The translations under genes were made by a program, and so were the position numbers. Shown here piece after piece: positions 50,103 to 61,370 of a stretch of DNA of 64,000 nt. The DNA lies in contig OZ076411.1 of assembly GCA_964187785.1 (NCBI GenBank), forward strand, positions 23,560,001-23,624,000, read 5' to 3'. Each line of letters opens with the position of its first letter. Positions within the stretch are counted from its first letter, which is position 1. This DNA comes from Amphiscolops sp. MND2022 (lineage: Eukaryota). Below the pieces are notes generated by a model. That model ran no database searches. It was given only the letters and a program-made list of their open reading frames with translations, and had not been told where the DNA came from.

Positions 50103-51741
50103 TATTTTTAGTCGGCGCTTTATCCTTTTCAGGAAAATGCCCGACTATAGCAGTGACTGTTTTTTTAGTCGGCGCTTTTCCATTAAGGGAAAAATGCCCG
50201 ACTATAGCAGTGACTGTTTTTTTCTTCAGACTACAATCCTCACTGATCAGTCCACTTTTTAGAAACAATCCTGAAACCACCTGAGGCCAAGTCCGGCCAA
50301 GGGAGACTTAGTCCAAAGGGTCCCCCCTTTCATTTTTCACTGTTTCAAGGAAACACACATCCGGACGTGCCTAAAGGGTCCCCCCTTTGGATTTTTTTCG
50401 GCACTGTGCAACTTTTCTCCAATTCTTTTAAATGTCCCTAAAGGGTCCCCCCTTCGAGTTTTTTGATATTTTGTAACGGAATGTATGTTAATAAATCCAG
50501 AAGGGTCACCTTTTACATTTTTCAGCACTATGCTACTTTTTTTTGAAAGAAAAAAAATTCAATTTTTACCAAAAAAATGTTTTGCGCTTTTTGAGCCTTA
50601 GATATGGCGCCGACTTTAGACGTTCTCGTCTTGTTTTTTCTTCAGACTACAATCCTCACACTGATCGGCCCACTTTTTAGAAACAATCCTGAAACCACCT
50701 GAGCACCTGAGGCCAAGTCCGGCCAAGGGAGACTTAGTCCAAAGGGTCCCCCATATAATTTTTCACTGTTTCAAGGAAACACACATCCGGACGTGCCTAA
50801 AGGGTCCCCCCTTTGGATTTTTTTCGGCACTGTGCAACTTTTCTCCAATTCTTTTAAATGTCCCTAAAGGGTCCCCCCTTCGAGTTTTTTGATATTTTGT
50901 AACGGAATGTATGTTAATAAATCCAGAAGGGTCACCTTTTACATTTTTCAGCACTATGCTACTTTTTTTTGAAAGAAAAAAAATTCAATTTTTACCAAAA
51001 AAATGTTTTGCGCTTTTTGAGCCTTAGATATGGCGCCGACTTTAGACGTTCTCGTCTTGTTTTTTCTTCAGACTACAATCCTCACACTGATCGGCCCACT
51101 TTTTAGAAACAATCCTGAAACCACCTAAGGCGCCCAGTCCGGCAAAGGGGCCAAGGCAAACTTAGTGCAAAGGGTCCCCCCTTTCATTTTTTACTTCTTC
51201 AAGGTAACCTACAAAACCGGACGGGACTAAAGAGTCCCCCATTTCGATTTTTTTTCGGCACTGTGCGACTTTTTTTCGAAAATTTTTTAATGTCCCCAAA
51301 GGGTCCCCCCTTTGAGTTTTTTGTTATTTTGCAACAGAATGCATGTTTATAAATCAAAAAAGGTCCCCTCTTTTACATTTTTTGGCACTGTGCGACATTT
51401 TCCGAAAGAAAAAAATTTTCGAAAATTTCAAGTTTTTCGCAAAAAAATGTTTTGCGCTTTTTGAGCCTTAGATATAGCGCCGACTTAGACGTTCCCGTCT
51501 TGTTTTCTTCAGACTACAAACCTCACACTGATCGGTCCACTTTTTAGAAACAATCCTGAAACCAACTAAGGCCAAGTCCGACCCAGGCAAAATTAAACCA
51601 AAGGGTCCCCCTTTGGATTTTTTTGGCACTATGCGACTTTTTCTGAAAGAGAAAAAAAATCAAAAATTTCAATTTTTTCCAAAAGTTTTGAGCTTTTTGA
51701 GCCTTAGATATGGCGCCGACTTTAGACGTTCTCGTCTTGTT
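50103..51741 (+). repeat. Head-to-tail array of HINE family A units (3' ends at 50635, 51061, 51504, 51741)
   Basis: Identical ORFs 426 bp apart (50337 and 50763). Each unit ends GCGCCGACTT(T)AGACGTTC(T/C)CGTCTTGTT. Confidence 0.9.
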
Positions 51742-52854
51742 CTAAAAACCCCGCTGGATACCGGACCTGACTTGATGTCTGAAACACACCTATTTGAGAA
51801 TTACATTGGTTTCAGAGCATGGAAAACGGTTGTGAGCAATAAAAGGAGCGATTCGGTATTAGAGAAAAAAATCGAAGAAGCGAAATTGTGAGTAATGGTT
51901 ACTCTTTAAGTAGACCAATATTCGCCAAGTATGCCAGATCCTTCACTGATGAAACTTCTGGGGCAATTCAAAGTATTGCCGCCGTTGAAAGGCTGTCGTA
52001 GACGGCAGATGATACCAAAATTATAAAAAGTAACTTCTCGGTGGAACATTGTACTTTTCTCATTGTAAAACATGAATAATGCGAATCACTTCGTTCGAAA
52101 ATTTTTCCCAAGTAGCAGCGAAAGTAACAGCAATTTACACTCAAGATAGTGCACGAGATAAGTATGCCACGATGTAAAACCTTGTACAAAATCTTGCACT
52201 GCCGAAAAAAACAAAGGCGGACTCTTCGAACGCATAAAAAAGGTTTATTCCCATATGAAATTATCAAAAACGTTGCCCTTTAGGCAAAAAATGTTTTAAA
52301 AGCCTAAAGTCTAGAAACGACCGGATACGTTATATCCAAAATTCATGTTTTTATATCCGGAATTAGGCGTTTGCTAGATTCGAACACATTCCACTTGCCA
52401 AGAGAAAATACTAGATCCAAATTTTTGACGTTAAATCCGATTTTTATCACTATATATCCGGATAATATCATTAAATATGTTATATTAGGAAACTGTTGAA
52501 AACATGTGCAGTTCTAAAATTCTAGAGTCAACAGCTTACAAGTTTGGAAGAGTGCAGGTGGTTACGACCAGAGTTTTGAAATCGCAAAGGTTTCCGTTAA
52601 TTGTTAATTTCATTTTTGTGAGTCTCAAGAAATGGCGAGGAAAAAAAGGTAAGCAGTTGGAAAATATATAAACACCGGAAAAAACCTGAGGAAAAATGAT
52701 ACTCAAATGTCAAGTATTTTATTCGTTACGGTTAATATGAACCACTTTCAAACCGGTGAAAAATTTTGGCGCGACTATATTGCACAAAATCGTTGATTAG
52801 CGGTGTCGAAACTCTGGTTATCACTATCATAGTGAAAGAGGTTTCATGACTAAC

Positions 52855-53046
52855 ATCTTCAGACTTGACATAGAACTTGGTCGCAAGTGCTAGAATGCGG
52901 GTGCGTTCAGCAAGCGCACCAACGAATGCATTTCTGTCTTTTTCCAGTCTGTGGGCGTCGAGGGATATTTCTTTACTGGCGTAATGATTGTTGGAAACAA
53001 AATGTCCGGCTAAACCAACCAGACGATCAATCTCTTTAAAAGCCTC
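52855..53046 (-). CDS. trio: trio exon, spectrin repeat (NNHYASKEI...AFVGALAERTRIL)
   Basis: Matches TRIO SGHYASQQI...AFAAALDERSTLL. 192 nt, tttcag/gttagt, phase 0/0. Confidence 0.92.
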
Positions 53047-53964
53047 CTGAAACATGAAACATTTGATGGCTGCTACTTTATTTGAAACCGGATGCGATTC
53101 AAAGACAGTAGTTAATAAACCATGTTTTTCAATTTTAAAAATATTAACCTAATTGACATGGGCGTTTTTGCAAACTTTATATAATATTTTTCAATGGTTA
53201 ATACCTCCACAATTGCACATACCGAGAAATGAACTAAAGCGCGTTTGAAAAGTTTGATACTTGCTTTCATTTTGATTTAAAGAGCACCTGTTGCCGCTGC
53301 TCTAAAGTATCGCGACGTTGATTGGGTTTAGAACGCGACAGGTGGTTTTCATAACGGGTACAAAATCATTTCGTTACGAAAGGTCACGAGCGAAAACATT
53401 TTTTCTTCACAGGCGGCAATGTTAAACAATAAACAATATTTCATTCAACTGTTTCTCACACTTTTAAAACTGTCTAAATACTGGAATTATATATAATTTA
53501 TGTCAGCGGAGATGTGTCGGGCAATACGATATTTGGGCGCATTTTGATTCGATCTACGTCCGCAATAATGAATTTTGTAAGAACTGCACCTATGAAACTT
53601 GACAAAAGTGGCAAACAACGATGAAAAAATTATTCGACTTAGATTATTTCGACTATTAATGCTTCATATTTTGTTTTCAATAGGTGAATTTTTCATTTAA
53701 AAAAAATCAACAGCGTACTGTCTTCAGAAAAAACTCGCAAACAAAATAATTGGAATCTTGAAAGTTATATGTCCTCTAGAAAAAATGGTGCTGAATAACA
53801 AGGTAAAAATGGGAAGCAGGATAAGAATAAATTGGTGAGCCAATGGAAATTGAAAATCCAAGAAAATATTCAAATTGTTCATATACTTATTGTATAAATT
53901 ACTCAGGTTGCTTATATTCTTCGCATGTTAAGAAGGGTAAAAACAGATTAAGAATGAAACTTAC

Positions 53965-54390
53965 AGCGGCGACTTGGTTGAAAGCATCGGCATTTTTCTG
54001 TTGGGAGATGGCGGTGGCAGAGCTGTCCCCGATCTGATTATAATTATACATGAATATATGTTTGCTCTCTTGTATCCATTGGAAAACAGAGACCATATCA
54101 GCCTCGAACGCCCGCAGCTGGTAGCACTGGTCGAGCCTTTGTTTGTTGAGCTTCCAAATATCAACTAGATGAGGTTTGAACAATTGAATTCGCTCCACCA
54201 AGTTGTGAACTTTTGGGATCCAGGAAGCCAAGTCAGGATTCCCAGTCAGAACTAATTGACATTCTTTGCCTCCTGCTGCGTTTTTCACGAACGAGGAAGA
54301 ATAGCAACACTGGTTCAACATTTGCTCAAGAGACATTCCTTGTTGAGCCAGCTGTGTGAAGGGTGCTTTGTGGATCAGTTGATAGAACCG
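53965..54390 (-). CDS. trio: trio exon, spectrin repeats 1-2; acceptor may instead be at 54501
   Basis: IHKAPF...GNPDLASWIPKV...KQRLDQCYQLRAFEAD...YNQIGDS matches TRIO VIKAPI...GNADLQNLLPKV...KLKLDQCFQLRLFEQD...YTEIGTS. gtaagt donor. Confidence 0.85.
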
Positions 54391-54894
54391 CTGATGGTGG
54401 ACGTACAGGGATGGTTTTATAACATAAAATGCTTCATATAATAACACAATGATCAATTTCGAAACCATTGTCGTCAATTCAAGAGTTTTCTCCAAAAGGA
54501 GCTATGAACAATTACTCATAATTACAAAATAACGATAAATTCACCTTATTTGCAATACAATTTGGGCACTTGACTATGTTAACACTTGATGCATTTGGAA
54601 AAAAACTACCTTCAGTTTGGAAGATGTTCGTTTTTATTGAACAGAAGTTAGACATAATAAATCTATCAGTTTATGGAATCAGATTATTCAATTGCTTCTA
54701 ACTGCAAAAAATCCAAATAAATTTCGAAAAGTTCATCTATCATTTCTACATGAATTTTCGGGATAAATCACTTTAAAAAACGAGGAAGTAAATTTTCTAA
54801 TTCCAAACACATTTTTCAAGCAATTTCAACTCAGTAATGTTTACTGAAAGCGTTTAAATCTTGGACTATTAGCTTTGCAGTGAGCGGTAATGAC

Positions 54895-55028
54895 CTTTTT
54901 CGTTCTTAATTGAATGCAGACAGAGCACTCATCTATTAAAACTCGTTCGCTTGATGTCAAAAAAGTGTCTCCCCTAGCCGCTAAAAGATTCAGATAGGGA
55001 AATAAGTGAACAATTGCAAGACACTTGT
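54895..55028 (-). CDS. Possible extra trio exon (YKCLAIVHLFPYLNLLAARGDTFL...RTKK)
   Basis: ttttttgacag acceptor, open frame, phase 1 to 0 bridges the flanking exons. The gtcatt donor is weak and there is no clear TRIO similarity. Confidence 0.3.
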
Positions 55029-55105
55029 CTGTCAAAAAAGGTTGATTTCAGTGATTCAATAATATTCCAGGTAACGCAGGTTATTGAAAGCATATTTAGG
55101 TATAC

Positions 55106-55361
55106 ATTTCTTCCATCCCTGATGTTGGCTAGACGCTATGAGGGCCGACTGTGAGTCCGCGGCCAGTTCAACGGCCGACATTTTCTCCTGTACTTTTTCC
55201 AGCTTCTTGAGGAAATCGTCACCCCGCCACACGAACGACTCGAACTGCAGCCGAAGGTTGATCCACTGGTTATGGTCATATTTGAGGGTTCCTTCAAAGT
55301 GCTCTGTCACTTGCGACCGATCCACGTACTTGAATAGAGCTTCTAGACTCACTACTGAAGT
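55106..55361 (-). CDS. trio: trio exon, end of Sec14 and start of first spectrin repeat; donor uncertain
   Basis: VSLEALFKYVDRSQVTEHFEGTLKYDHNQWINLRLQFE matches TRIO VSLEGLTKVVDPSQLTPEFDGCLEYNHEEWIEIRVAFE. catag acceptor. The only plausible donor I found is a weak gtatac. Confidence 0.8.
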
Positions 55362-55442
55362 CTATGAAATGGAAAAAAACAATAAGATGAACTTGTGGTT
55401 CAGTGACTTTACTTGAAAGCAAAAATTGACAATTCATGAAGT

Positions 55443-55670
55443 AACAAGACGGGAACGTCTAAAGTCGGCGCTATATCTAAGGCTCAAAAAGCGCAGTTTT
55501 TAAAATATGCCCAGGACGTATTTATGAAAGCTCCGAAAACAGTTTCGAGGCACCCAAAGGGTGCCTTTCATGCTCGATAAGACTCAGAAACCACTTTTTC
55601 CCCAACTGGAAACAAAAAAAATACGATTTGAAAATTCGGATTTTTTTCTTTCGAAAAATGTCGCATAGTG
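55443..55670 (-). mobile_element. Truncated HINE family A copy, GACG-hairpin subfamily
   Basis: AACAAGACGGGAACGTCTAAAGTCGGCGC end. Confidence 0.7.
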
Positions 55671-55804
55671 TGAACAATGCAAAATTTGTCAGTGGGTGAC
55701 GTCATGAAATTACACGACAAACCTGAGGTGTTTAAGATACATTTACTTCGCGAAAAGATGTATTTTATGAGGAATGAATATATTGGTTTTGCTCATACAC
55801 TAAC

Positions 55805-55909
55805 CTCAAATGAGAGCTTCGAGCTCCCGAAATTAGCTTTTTGCTTCTGTAGAAAGTTTTCAGGCTTGATAACCAGGGCCAAGTTGATTTTCTGGCCGCC
55901 ATTTGCATC
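55805..55909 (-). CDS. trio: trio exon, Sec14 domain (INLALVIKPENFLQKQKANFGSSKLSFE)
   Basis: Matches TRIO IHVALIIKPDNFWQKQRTNFGSSKFEFE. 105 nt, tttcag/gttagt, phase 0/0. Confidence 0.93.
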
Positions 55910-56427
55910 CTGAAACAAAACTCCTTGTAACCTACAAGTATGTACAGCATGTTTCAAGTTCTATCGACGGAACACTGGTTAACCTGGAAGTTCTACAGAG
56001 ATCCGCCTAAAAATTTACAACTTCTTAGATACCTCCGACAGGTTTCGACATTTTTGAAGAAAACTGCAATACTTGACAGGAGAAGGGGTAGAGGCTAAGG
56101 TGGTCGCAACTTCAAAAAATTCGCCCTAATAGAAAAAAAATCAATTGCATCATTGAGATCGAGGATTGTGAAACATAGTACCTATATAAAGTATGCTTAT
56201 GCTCGAGTTATAAACGTGATTAAAAGATACTTCTAATGACAATTTTTCCATCAAAACGTCAGCAGAAAAACGTTTGTGTGGTATAAGTGAAAACGACTGT
56301 ATAACTCATGCGAGATAAAGGCGCCCTAAAAACTTGTGAACCTTAAAAATACTTCATTGAACATCAAGTTTCTTTGGATGAAACTTCCGGCAAAGGCAGA
56401 AAAAAGTATGTTCAAAACAGAAGTTAA

Positions 56428-57000
56428 CCCTAAAAGGACGATGTTAAGATTTAGTAAAATTAATTTTTGCAAACTTGATAATTTTAACCCCAAAAGGACG
56501 ATGTTACGATTCAGTACAAATTCATTTCTGCAAACTTCTGAAGGCACCAGCTGACCGTCTGGTAAAGAAAACTCTTGAATATTTCAAGATGAAATTACAT
56601 ACCACTGCACGCCTTTTCACGAACAATTGACTTAATGTCTCCGAAATCAAGAAAACGGGACCAAAAAATAGGAAAAAACGGAGTGTAGAATTTCGGTTTT
56701 TCCAGTTTCCGTGTGGCCACTTCATTCCACAGGTATCAATATTGGGACAAAGCGGCACTAGCATATTTTGAAACATGCAATCAGAAATATGAGGCGAGCA
56801 AGGTTTTGGCTCAATGTCCGGACCCAGCCCAGTCGTTCAGAAATGATATTGAAAGCGCTGATTGTCTTCTTTCGAACGCTCTATAAATCGTTTGTCGGAC
56901 TCTAATAGTTTCAGCTATTGCGGTTTCATAAGATATTGCAGTTTAAAGTTTAAGCACTAGATTTTTGGATGGCTCTGGAAATTTCCTCGTCCATTTAGGG
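56428..57000. mobile_element. piggyBac-type MITE with partly duplicated left end
   Basis: TTAA flanks. TIR CCCTAAA(A/T)GGACGA, 13/14 match. A second TTAACCCCAAAAGGACGATG lies about 60 bp inside. Confidence 0.88.
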
Positions 57001-57058
57001 TTAATTGCAAGCTAATAGAAAAGAACCTTGGTATTGATCAAGCACTATGTCGACTAAC

Positions 57059-57264
57059 ATCAAAGGCTCTTAGAAGTGGTTTGATAGTGTTCCAGGTGCA
57101 TCTTCGCATGTCCACCAGAATGGTGAACCCTTTCTTGGCGTCATCTTGGTTGGGGATCTCCAAGAGAAAGCCAATGAGAAGTTGCAGATCTTCCACAGCA
57201 TATCTATCTGTCTCTTTTTTGGATGGACAACTCAAGATAGGACATCCCTTCTTGTCGCGTCCCC
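57059..57264 (-). CDS. trio: trio exon, Sec14/CRAL-TRIO domain (GGRDKKGCPILSCP...GFTILVDMRRCTWNTIKPLL)
   Basis: Matches TRIO GGRDKRGGPILTFP...GFTVIVDMRGSKWDSIKPLL. ttttcag acceptor, gttagt donor, phase 1 to 0. Confidence 0.93.
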
Positions 57265-57687
57265 CTGAAAAACATTACCATCAAGTCACAAGTTTTTACT
57301 AAAAAGATTCGCGTGGTGTATCTAGTCTTTGCTGGCTTTCAGGAATTCGATGACGTAAGTATCATCATTGGCGGCAGTGATCTCAACGAATAAAGAATAG
57401 TCAACGCCGCGAAAGCCATTGTTTGAAATAACACAGCAACACAATTTTCCTAGCGATGCAATTTATTTTTTTCGAAAGTATTTATCGTCTTCTATTTGGT
57501 CTATTTGTTATAAATACTGACTAGTTATAGGGATAGTTCAATATTCTTCGCGAATGAAATCGCACAATATCCGAAAACAAAAACTATAAAAGCTGAACGA
57601 TTTTTGTTGAAACTTCTGTCAACGAAAAAGGTCAAACCTCATGACCACTCGCATCACCAAAGCTTTTCCCGTTTTATCACTAGGAAC

Positions 57688-58427
57688 ATCAAAGAACCAA
57701 AGCGAGAAACCTTTTGTTGAAATGAAAAGAAACGAAGTGCCGAAAAAGGACAAAAAGGTCAAAAAGCAAGAGGTGACTTCTTTGAAAAATTGAATTCAGT
57801 TCCCAAAAGAACACTCAAATTCCTTTCAATCCGAATACAATCCTTTTCAATCCGATGTCAAAATATGAATAAGTAGACCCTTTCAATTTGTAGAAATTTA
57901 GAACTTTTGTAGAATTTTTATGGTCACTTTTTTTTTATCAAAGAACCAAAGCGAGAAACCTTTTGTTGAAATGAAAAGAAACGAAGTGCCGAAAAAGGAC
58001 AAAAAGGTCAAAAAGCAAGAGGTGACTTCTTTGAAAAATTGAATTCAGTTCCCAAAAGAACACTCAAATTCCTTTCAATCCGAATACAATCCTTTTCAAT
58101 CCGATGTCAAAATATGAATAAGTAGACCCTTTCAATTTGTAGAAATTTAGAACTTTTGTAGAATTTTTATGGTCACTTTTTTTTTATCAAAGAACCAAAG
58201 CGAGAAACCTTTTGTTGAAATGAAAAGAAACGAAGTGCCGAAAAAGGACAAAAAGGTCAAAAAGCAAGAGGTGACTTCTTTGAAAAATTGAATTCAGTTC
58301 CCAAAAGAACACTCAAATTCCTTTCAATCCGAATACAATCCTTTTCAATCCGATGTCAAAATATGAATAAGTAGACCCTTTCAATTTGTAGAAATTTAGA
58401 ACTTTTGTAGAATTTTTATGGTCACTT
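57688..58427. repeat. Tandem repeat, 249 bp x about 3, apparently identical, followed by a HINE end near 58505
   Basis: ATCAAAGAACCAAAGCGAG starts at 57688, 57937 and 58186. Confidence 0.93.
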
Positions 58428-59315
58428 CGGACGAATTGGAAAAAAAAACACAAAAAGTCGCTATAATAGTCGCGTTTTTTCATTCCATAAAAAGCCGACT
58501 AAAAATCGCATTACTGATTCTATGTTCATTATCATTCATCTTACGTCTAATAATTTTATGTCTAAATACATGTCTAATTTTCGATCTTCTCTCACCCCCA
58601 ATCAAATTAAAAACAGAATTAGAACCATCGAAGAAGCAACTAGTCAAAGGCCAACTTAATTTGGTGCTTCCAATCAATCACGTGGAAAAAAGTGGTGGTA
58701 CCGTGAAAAGTCATTAGCGGTAGGCTCAAAAAACCATGACAGATGGTCCAATTAGCATTTCTGCCGCTTTTGGTCTAATAGGTAAATGTTGAACAATGAA
58801 GGCTTGAAGAACTATTCCACGCAACAAAAATGGTACATGGAACGTATAGAACTAGTTCCATAAAACCGTGTTAAAATATTTGCCGGTCAATTCTTTTGAC
58901 AATATGTGAGCATATATAGGTTTATATTACGTATCAGTGAGAGGACGTACTTCGATACTTTTGAAAAATCTACACCTGAAACAATTCTCAATTTGAAACA
59001 AGACACCCGCTAAAAAAGTTTTTTTAAGTACCGGGATTTTTCCGCACTGATTTCCTTTAGCAACATGAAAACAAAACTGCATAAAAACACATTTTCGATT
59101 TTAGCATTCAAAAAACTTGAGCAAAACGTCTAAAAGCTTCGCATTTTTTCCTCTGCAGGGTGTCTTCTGTATCTGAGTAAACAAATAATTATTCTGTAAT
59201 GTCATTTTTTCTGACGAACAAAACTCAGGTGCCAGACTCTGCCTTCCAAACTTGGCGGAAAAAATACGTCTGCAAATTTACAGGTAAAAAATTGTCTGAA
59301 AAGATTAATACTTAC

Positions 59316-59376
59316 CATTGCTTTCACATTTTACCACAAAATCTCTTTCCGAACAAAACTTGGATGATGGAAAATG
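59316..59376 (-). CDS. Candidate upstream trio exon (HFPSSKFCSERDFVVKCESN-G), possibly 5' UTR instead
   Basis: ccttttacag acceptor, strong gtaagt donor, 61 nt. Phase-1 exit fits the 57264 exon (ESN-G-GRDK versus TRIO YLSGGRDK). There is little sequence similarity otherwise. Confidence 0.3.
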
Positions 59377-59479
59377 CTGTAAAAGGTCAGCCAAATTGGT
59401 CGGCGGTCTCAAGTAGCGTAGACGAGCTTTGAGATAGCATGTGAAATACTAAATGATGTATTATTATGCAGGAATGGAA

Positions 59480-60019
59480 AACAAGCCGGGAACGGCCCAA
59501 GTCGGCGCTATACCTAAGGCTCAAAATTGTAAAAGGGACCCTTTGGGCTTTGTGAAACTCCAGTTGGTTGCAAAATATGGAAAAAAATAAAAGGGGACCC
59601 TTGGGAGATTTTAAAAAACTTCTGAAAAAATTTTTAAAACGAGATTTTTGAACAGTGTCACAGTGCCGAAAAATGAGAAAGGGGGGACCCTTTGGGGTTT
59701 TTTTGACATCCATTGTGTTGCAAAATATCGAAACAAACGAAGGGGAGACCGTTTCGTGGAATCCAAAAAAACTTCAAAAAAGTCGCATTGTGCCGAAAAA
59801 AATCCGAGTGAAAAACACCAAAGGGGATCCTATGTTTTCGAGGTTCTGGACGTCGATGTTTTTGTTTTGGACGAGGTGCTGGCGTTTCGAGTATGTTTAA
59901 GACGTCCGTAGTTCAAGTTGATGATGTTGAACAAATGAACAAAAAAGTGGACCGATCGCGTTGAACTGACGACAAAAAAACTAGCCGCTGTAAGAGTCTA
60001 CGAAAAGGCCGACTAAAAA
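59480..60019 (-). mobile_element. HINE family A copy
   Basis: Both family ends are present. Closely similar to 39402-39900. Confidence 0.78.
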
Positions 60020-60094
60020 GACATGATTTGAATACCCGAAGATACTATTGTAAAAAAATTTATTTACAGCGCCAAAAATCACTCGAAACATCGA

Positions 60095-60615
60095 ACAAGC
60101 CGGGAACGGCCCAAGTCGGCGCCATATCTAAGGCTCAAAAATAGCAAAAGGACTTCAAAGTGTCAAGTACTCTCCTCTACAGTACCCAAAAAAAATTTCC
60201 AAAAATTTTGAATTTTTTTGAAGTTTCTGGTAAGTCGCATTGTACCGAAAAATGTAAAAGGGGCCCTTTGGCTGTTTTTCAACATCCATTCTTTTGCAAA
60301 ATAGGAAAGAAATGAAGGGTGGACCCTTCAGAGACATTAAAAAAATTGCGAAAATAAGTCTCACAAAGCCGAAAAAAATCTACACAAAAAAATTTGGTCA
60401 AGGGCGGGACTCGAACCCATGTCCTTCCGCTTGGCAGACCTCAAAAAGCCGTAACCTCTATGCCAGTGTGGTTTAGTGTTAGTGCCAGACAATGTTAGTG
60501 CCAGACAGCAGTGTTAGTGCTTACTTATAAAATTTATAAAATCTGACAGTTCGTTGGTCTTAAAAAAAGTCACTACTATAGTCTGCGTTTTTCTTCGAAA
60601 AGCGCCGACTAAAAA
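60095..60615 (-). mobile_element. HINE family A full-length copy with tRNA-derived A/B-box segment
   Basis: Both ends intact. The minus strand reads TGGCATAGAGGT...CTGCCAAGCGGAAGG...GGTTCGAGTCCC. Confidence 0.8.
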
Positions 60616-60857
60616 CCCAATTTTGGAAAAAAATGTTGAAAAATTGCTTCTTTCTGGGAATGTCTAATAGTGTCGAAAAACTCAAAAGGAGACTCTAAAT
60701 TCGCAAAACGCTTTCTTTTTCCTAACCAAAAAGCCATATCCACAGTTATTGAGAAAACTCTCATCAGCCCCACAGGACCAAAATAACTAAAGATGTCACC
60801 CTCAAGACTCGGAAAACGGTTTTGCTCAACAGAAAACTTCAGGAAACCAAAATTTGA

Positions 60858-61370
60858 AAAATAGGCCCCTCCGGTGCTCAGTACTATTTCTGCTTTAATC
60901 TTTATTTTTTTTTAAACAAAAAAATCATTAATAAAAATCATATCTGGAATACCAATACACTCCTGTTTAATCATTACTTAGAGCACAATTAATCACTGTA
61001 CAAGTTTACACCGCCTTTAATTCTTCTCGGACTAAAGAAAATAGAACTACTAAGCGTAGACGAATGCAGGCGAAGCTCTCAACGAACGAATAATTAACAC
61101 TCATTCGCTTCATCTCAATAACTCGAGGCAACGAAAGCACAATTACGAACATTCGCTCGCTTCATCTCAATGACGTCAGCATACGAATGGATAATTACCA
61201 CTCGCTCGCTTCATTGCACTAGAATTGAATTGTTGTCGGCAGCTTTCCCACGCTTACACTCACTGCCGAACAAAATATCTGAATTATTCAGATCGTCCGA
61301 AAAATTTGTACTGAAAAAAAAGTAGAAAGTTTGAGGTTACAATAATATTCCTGCTAAAGCAGAAATATTA
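60858..61370 (-). mobile_element. HINE-like element, family B, copy 3
   Basis: Same core and ends, with more internal ATTCGCTCGCTTCATCTCAAT-type repeats. Confidence 0.7.

Larger units (their letters stand above)
5818..57264 (-). other. trio: Span of a multi-exon TRIO/Kalirin/UNC-73 family RhoGEF gene, incomplete at both ends
   Basis: Collinear exons translate to Sec14, spectrin repeats, DH1, PH1 and linker in TRIO order. Splice phases match at every junction except the 55106-54390 interval. Confidence 0.95.

Noticed and set aside
50103-51741. Regularly spaced repeats as a CRISPR array
   Set aside because: The units are 237-443 bp transposon copies with no unique spacers, in a eukaryotic intron.
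60402-60465. Functional tRNA-Gly gene
   Set aside because: The anticodon and acceptor stems do not pair, and the segment is embedded in a dispersed repeat.
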